Part shown: piece after piece, positions 30,363 through 32,000 of the stretch | How the letters are laid out: each line of letters starts with the position of its first letter | Position numbering within the stretch: the first letter of the stretch is position 1 | Origin: Nitrososphaera viennensis EN76 | Lineage (GTDB): Archaea; Thermoproteota; Nitrososphaeria; Nitrososphaerales; Nitrososphaeraceae | Direction of reading: 5' to 3' | Length of the DNA: 32,000 nt | NCBI RefSeq assembly: GCF_000698785.1 | Contig: NZ_CP007536.1 | Span: 180,001 to 212,000, forward strand | The notes under the pieces: model-generated | The model's input: only the letters and a program-made list of their open reading frames with translations | The model's database searches: none | Told to the model about the DNA's origin: nothing | Position numbers and translations under genes: made by a program

Positions 30363-31352
30363 CTACCCCTGCTTCTCTTCTTCTTCTCCTTTCTTTTTTC
30401 CGTACGTGCCTTCCCTAATCTGCCTGATGACGTCCAGCACGTCGTCTGCGTCCTCTGCCTCGGGGTCGACTTCGAGGTACGCGTTCAGAGCGTCAAGCGC
30501 TTCTTCCGTCCTGCCCTTCTTCAGGAGCACGACTCCCTTGTCGCGTATTGCGTCAGGGTTGTACTGGTCAATGGCAAGCACCATCTCGTTTGCGACCTCG
30601 TAGCGCTCCATGTCCTGCGCTTCGTAGTAGCTGCTCTTCAGGTTGTTGAGCATCCTGGTCATCACCTGTGCGCTCGTGGCCTTTTCCACGAACGCGTGCG
30701 TCATGGCGATGTTCTGGTGCGGGTACGAGCGCTCAAGGAGCGCCTTTAGCGCATAGTCGTCCATTATCCTGCCGCCGTTGAACGGGTCGACGATTATCTC
30801 GCCGTTGTCCCCCTCCATCACGTGCTTTGCCAGAAAATGCGCCGGAAAGTTCACGGGGAGCATGGGAAACCCTGCGCCCTGCGCAATGCGCATGTAAAGG
30901 ATTGAAAGCGTTATCGGGATTCCCACCTTGCGCTCGAGCACTACGTTGAGGTAGCTGTTGAGCGGGTTGTAATAGTCGTCCGTGTTTGGCCTGAACTTCT
31001 GGTCGTTGAACAGGTACTCGTTTATCTGCCCGATTATCAGGGTCGGCCTGGTTATGCCCTTGCTTTTCAGCGTGTGCGCAATCTTTGCTCCCATCCCGTC
31101 GATGCTGGCCAGAGTCGCGTTCACGTCAAGGTCCGGGTACGCAAGTATCCTTGCAAGGTTGAGCGCGTGTTCGGCAAGTTTTGTAGGATCGTCTCCTGAC
31201 ACCACGTGCCTGACCACGCAGTCTTGCCAGTCCCGTACCGCAGAATCGATATTTAGGCCGGCCACTTGTTCACTACACACACCGCTCGCACACATATATT
31301 TATGTTCGAGGACGCGGGCCGTGCGTGGCCCTGATATAAAGAACTGTATCAT
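30363..31352 (-). CDS. SirB1-like transglutaminase-like/TPR protein
   Basis: NVVLERKVGIPITLSILYMRIAQGAGFPMLPVNFPAHFLAKH plus a C-terminal TPR-like region. The start could instead be the ATG at 31295. Confidence 0.7.
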   Translation of the reverse strand: MIQFFISGPRTARVLEHKYMCASGVCSEQVAGLNIDSAVRDWQDCVVRHVVSGDDPTKLAEHALNLARILAYPDLDVNATLASIDGMGAKIAHTLKSKGITRPTLIIGQINEYLFNDQKFRPNTDDYYNPLNSYLNVVLERKVGIPITLSILYMRIAQGAGFPMLPVNFPAHFLAKHVMEGDNGEIIVDPFNGGRIMDDYALKALLERSYPHQNIAMTHAFVEKATSAQVMTRMLNNLKSSYYEAQDMERYEVANEMVLAIDQYNPDAIRDKGVVLLKKGRTEEALDALNAYLEVDPEAEDADDVLDVIRQIREGTYGKKKGEEEEKQG

Positions 31353-31490
31353 AAAATTGAAAAACTACGATAAATAGCGAATAAATTAGCTTTTTGATAA
31401 TTGCTTGCATTTCAAGATAATTCAAAATACTTGCAAGCGTTGGAAAATTTAACTAAATGCTTTTATTCAAACCTCATTGCTCTGACCTCC

Positions 31491-32000
31491 ATGAATGCAG
31501 ACAGTAAAGCAAAGTCTTTACTTAGTTTCAGGCTCGGCCTGGCAAGTCTGGCTGCAGTTGTAATGGCGCTGGTGGCGGTCGGTTATACCGGCAGCGCCTT
31601 TGCATACGCTCCAGATGACCCTGCCGTGCCATATCACTGCTGGCAGACAAACGAGGACGGCACATTTGTGATCCAGACGGGCGAAGACGGCAGCCAGAAC
31701 CTGGTGCCCTGTGAGATAAACACGGGTGACCACGCGTGGATGCTGACATCTTCGGCGCTCGTGCTCATGATGACTCCTGCGGGCCTCGCAATCTTTTACG
31801 GCGGCCTTGCAAGGCAAAAGAACGCGGTAAACACGCTGCACATGGTGTTCATCACCACAGGCGTGATCGGCATACAGTTTGTTCTCTGGGGATACAGCCT
31901 TGCATTCGGCCCTGACGCAGGCGGCTATGGCTTTATCGGGACGCTTGACTGGGCAGGCCTGCAGAACGTGCTCCATGACGTTCCATCAAGCCAGTACGCG
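31491..32000 (+). CDS. amt: ammonium transporter Amt (5' partial; runs off the window)
   Basis: My own translation from the ATG at 31491: MNADSKAKSLLSFRLGLASLAAVVMALVAVGYTGSAFA...GDHAWMLTSSALVLMMTPAGLAIFYGGLARQKNAVNTL...GYSLAFGP, a classic Amt/MEP N-terminal signature. It is absent from the ORF track because no stop falls in the window. Confidence 0.85.
   Translation, partial: MNADSKAKSLLSFRLGLASLAAVVMALVAVGYTGSAFAYAPDDPAVPYHCWQTNEDGTFVIQTGEDGSQNLVPCEINTGDHAWMLTSSALVLMMTPAGLAIFYGGLARQKNAVNTLHMVFITTGVIGIQFVLWGYSLAFGPDAGGYGFIGTLDWAGLQNVLHDVPSSQYA

Overview
The window reads as a compact chromosomal segment from an ammonia-oxidising thaumarchaeon, probably Nitrososphaera-like. This assignment is an inference from gene content: an archaeal-type amoC, an Amt ammonium transporter, a type-1 blue-copper protein, archaeal-type CobT, and A/T-rich TATA-like boxes about 20-30 nt upstream of start codons, which suggests leaderless mRNAs. 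I support about 47 protein-coding genes. I see no rRNA, tRNA, CRISPR array or recognisable transposase. Most of the window is housekeeping: class-III aminotransferase, acyl-CoA dehydrogenase and MaoC hydratase; cyclophilin; RNase HI; an nnrE/MBL-hydrolase/cobT operon; and an Mpg + family-4 UDG glycosylase pair. The standout is a compositionally patchy accessory stretch at about 5.8-9.3 kb. It holds three tandem minus-strand genes (6196-6546, 7000-7353, 7518-7919). Each has its own TATA-like box, and two of the three have a hairpin plus oligo-T terminator. Each encodes a signal peptide followed almost entirely by Gly-Gly-X triplet repeats (GGD/GGA/GGK/GGH, one (GEP)6 run) punctuated by paired cysteines. 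The composition resembles polyproline-II/polyglycine-II bundle proteins such as snow-flea antifreeze protein. One member ends in a GGH-rich tail that could bind metal. The function is unknown, and I flag this cluster as the best candidate for an undescribed system. Other observations worth a second look:
- an in-frame DUF72 + Y-family polymerase (DinB/Dpo4) fusion;
- five convergent gene pairs that share a palindromic CTAG as both stop codons;
- a beta-class SPPY DNA methyltransferase packed tightly with two small unknown ORFs and no visible nuclease;
- an unlinked amoC copy;
- a TetR gene divergent from a secreted DM13 protein with a Met/Asp-rich linker;
- many small zinc-ribbon proteins, including one 58-codon ORF missing from the supplied track.
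All homology calls come from motif recognition by eye. No database search was run.
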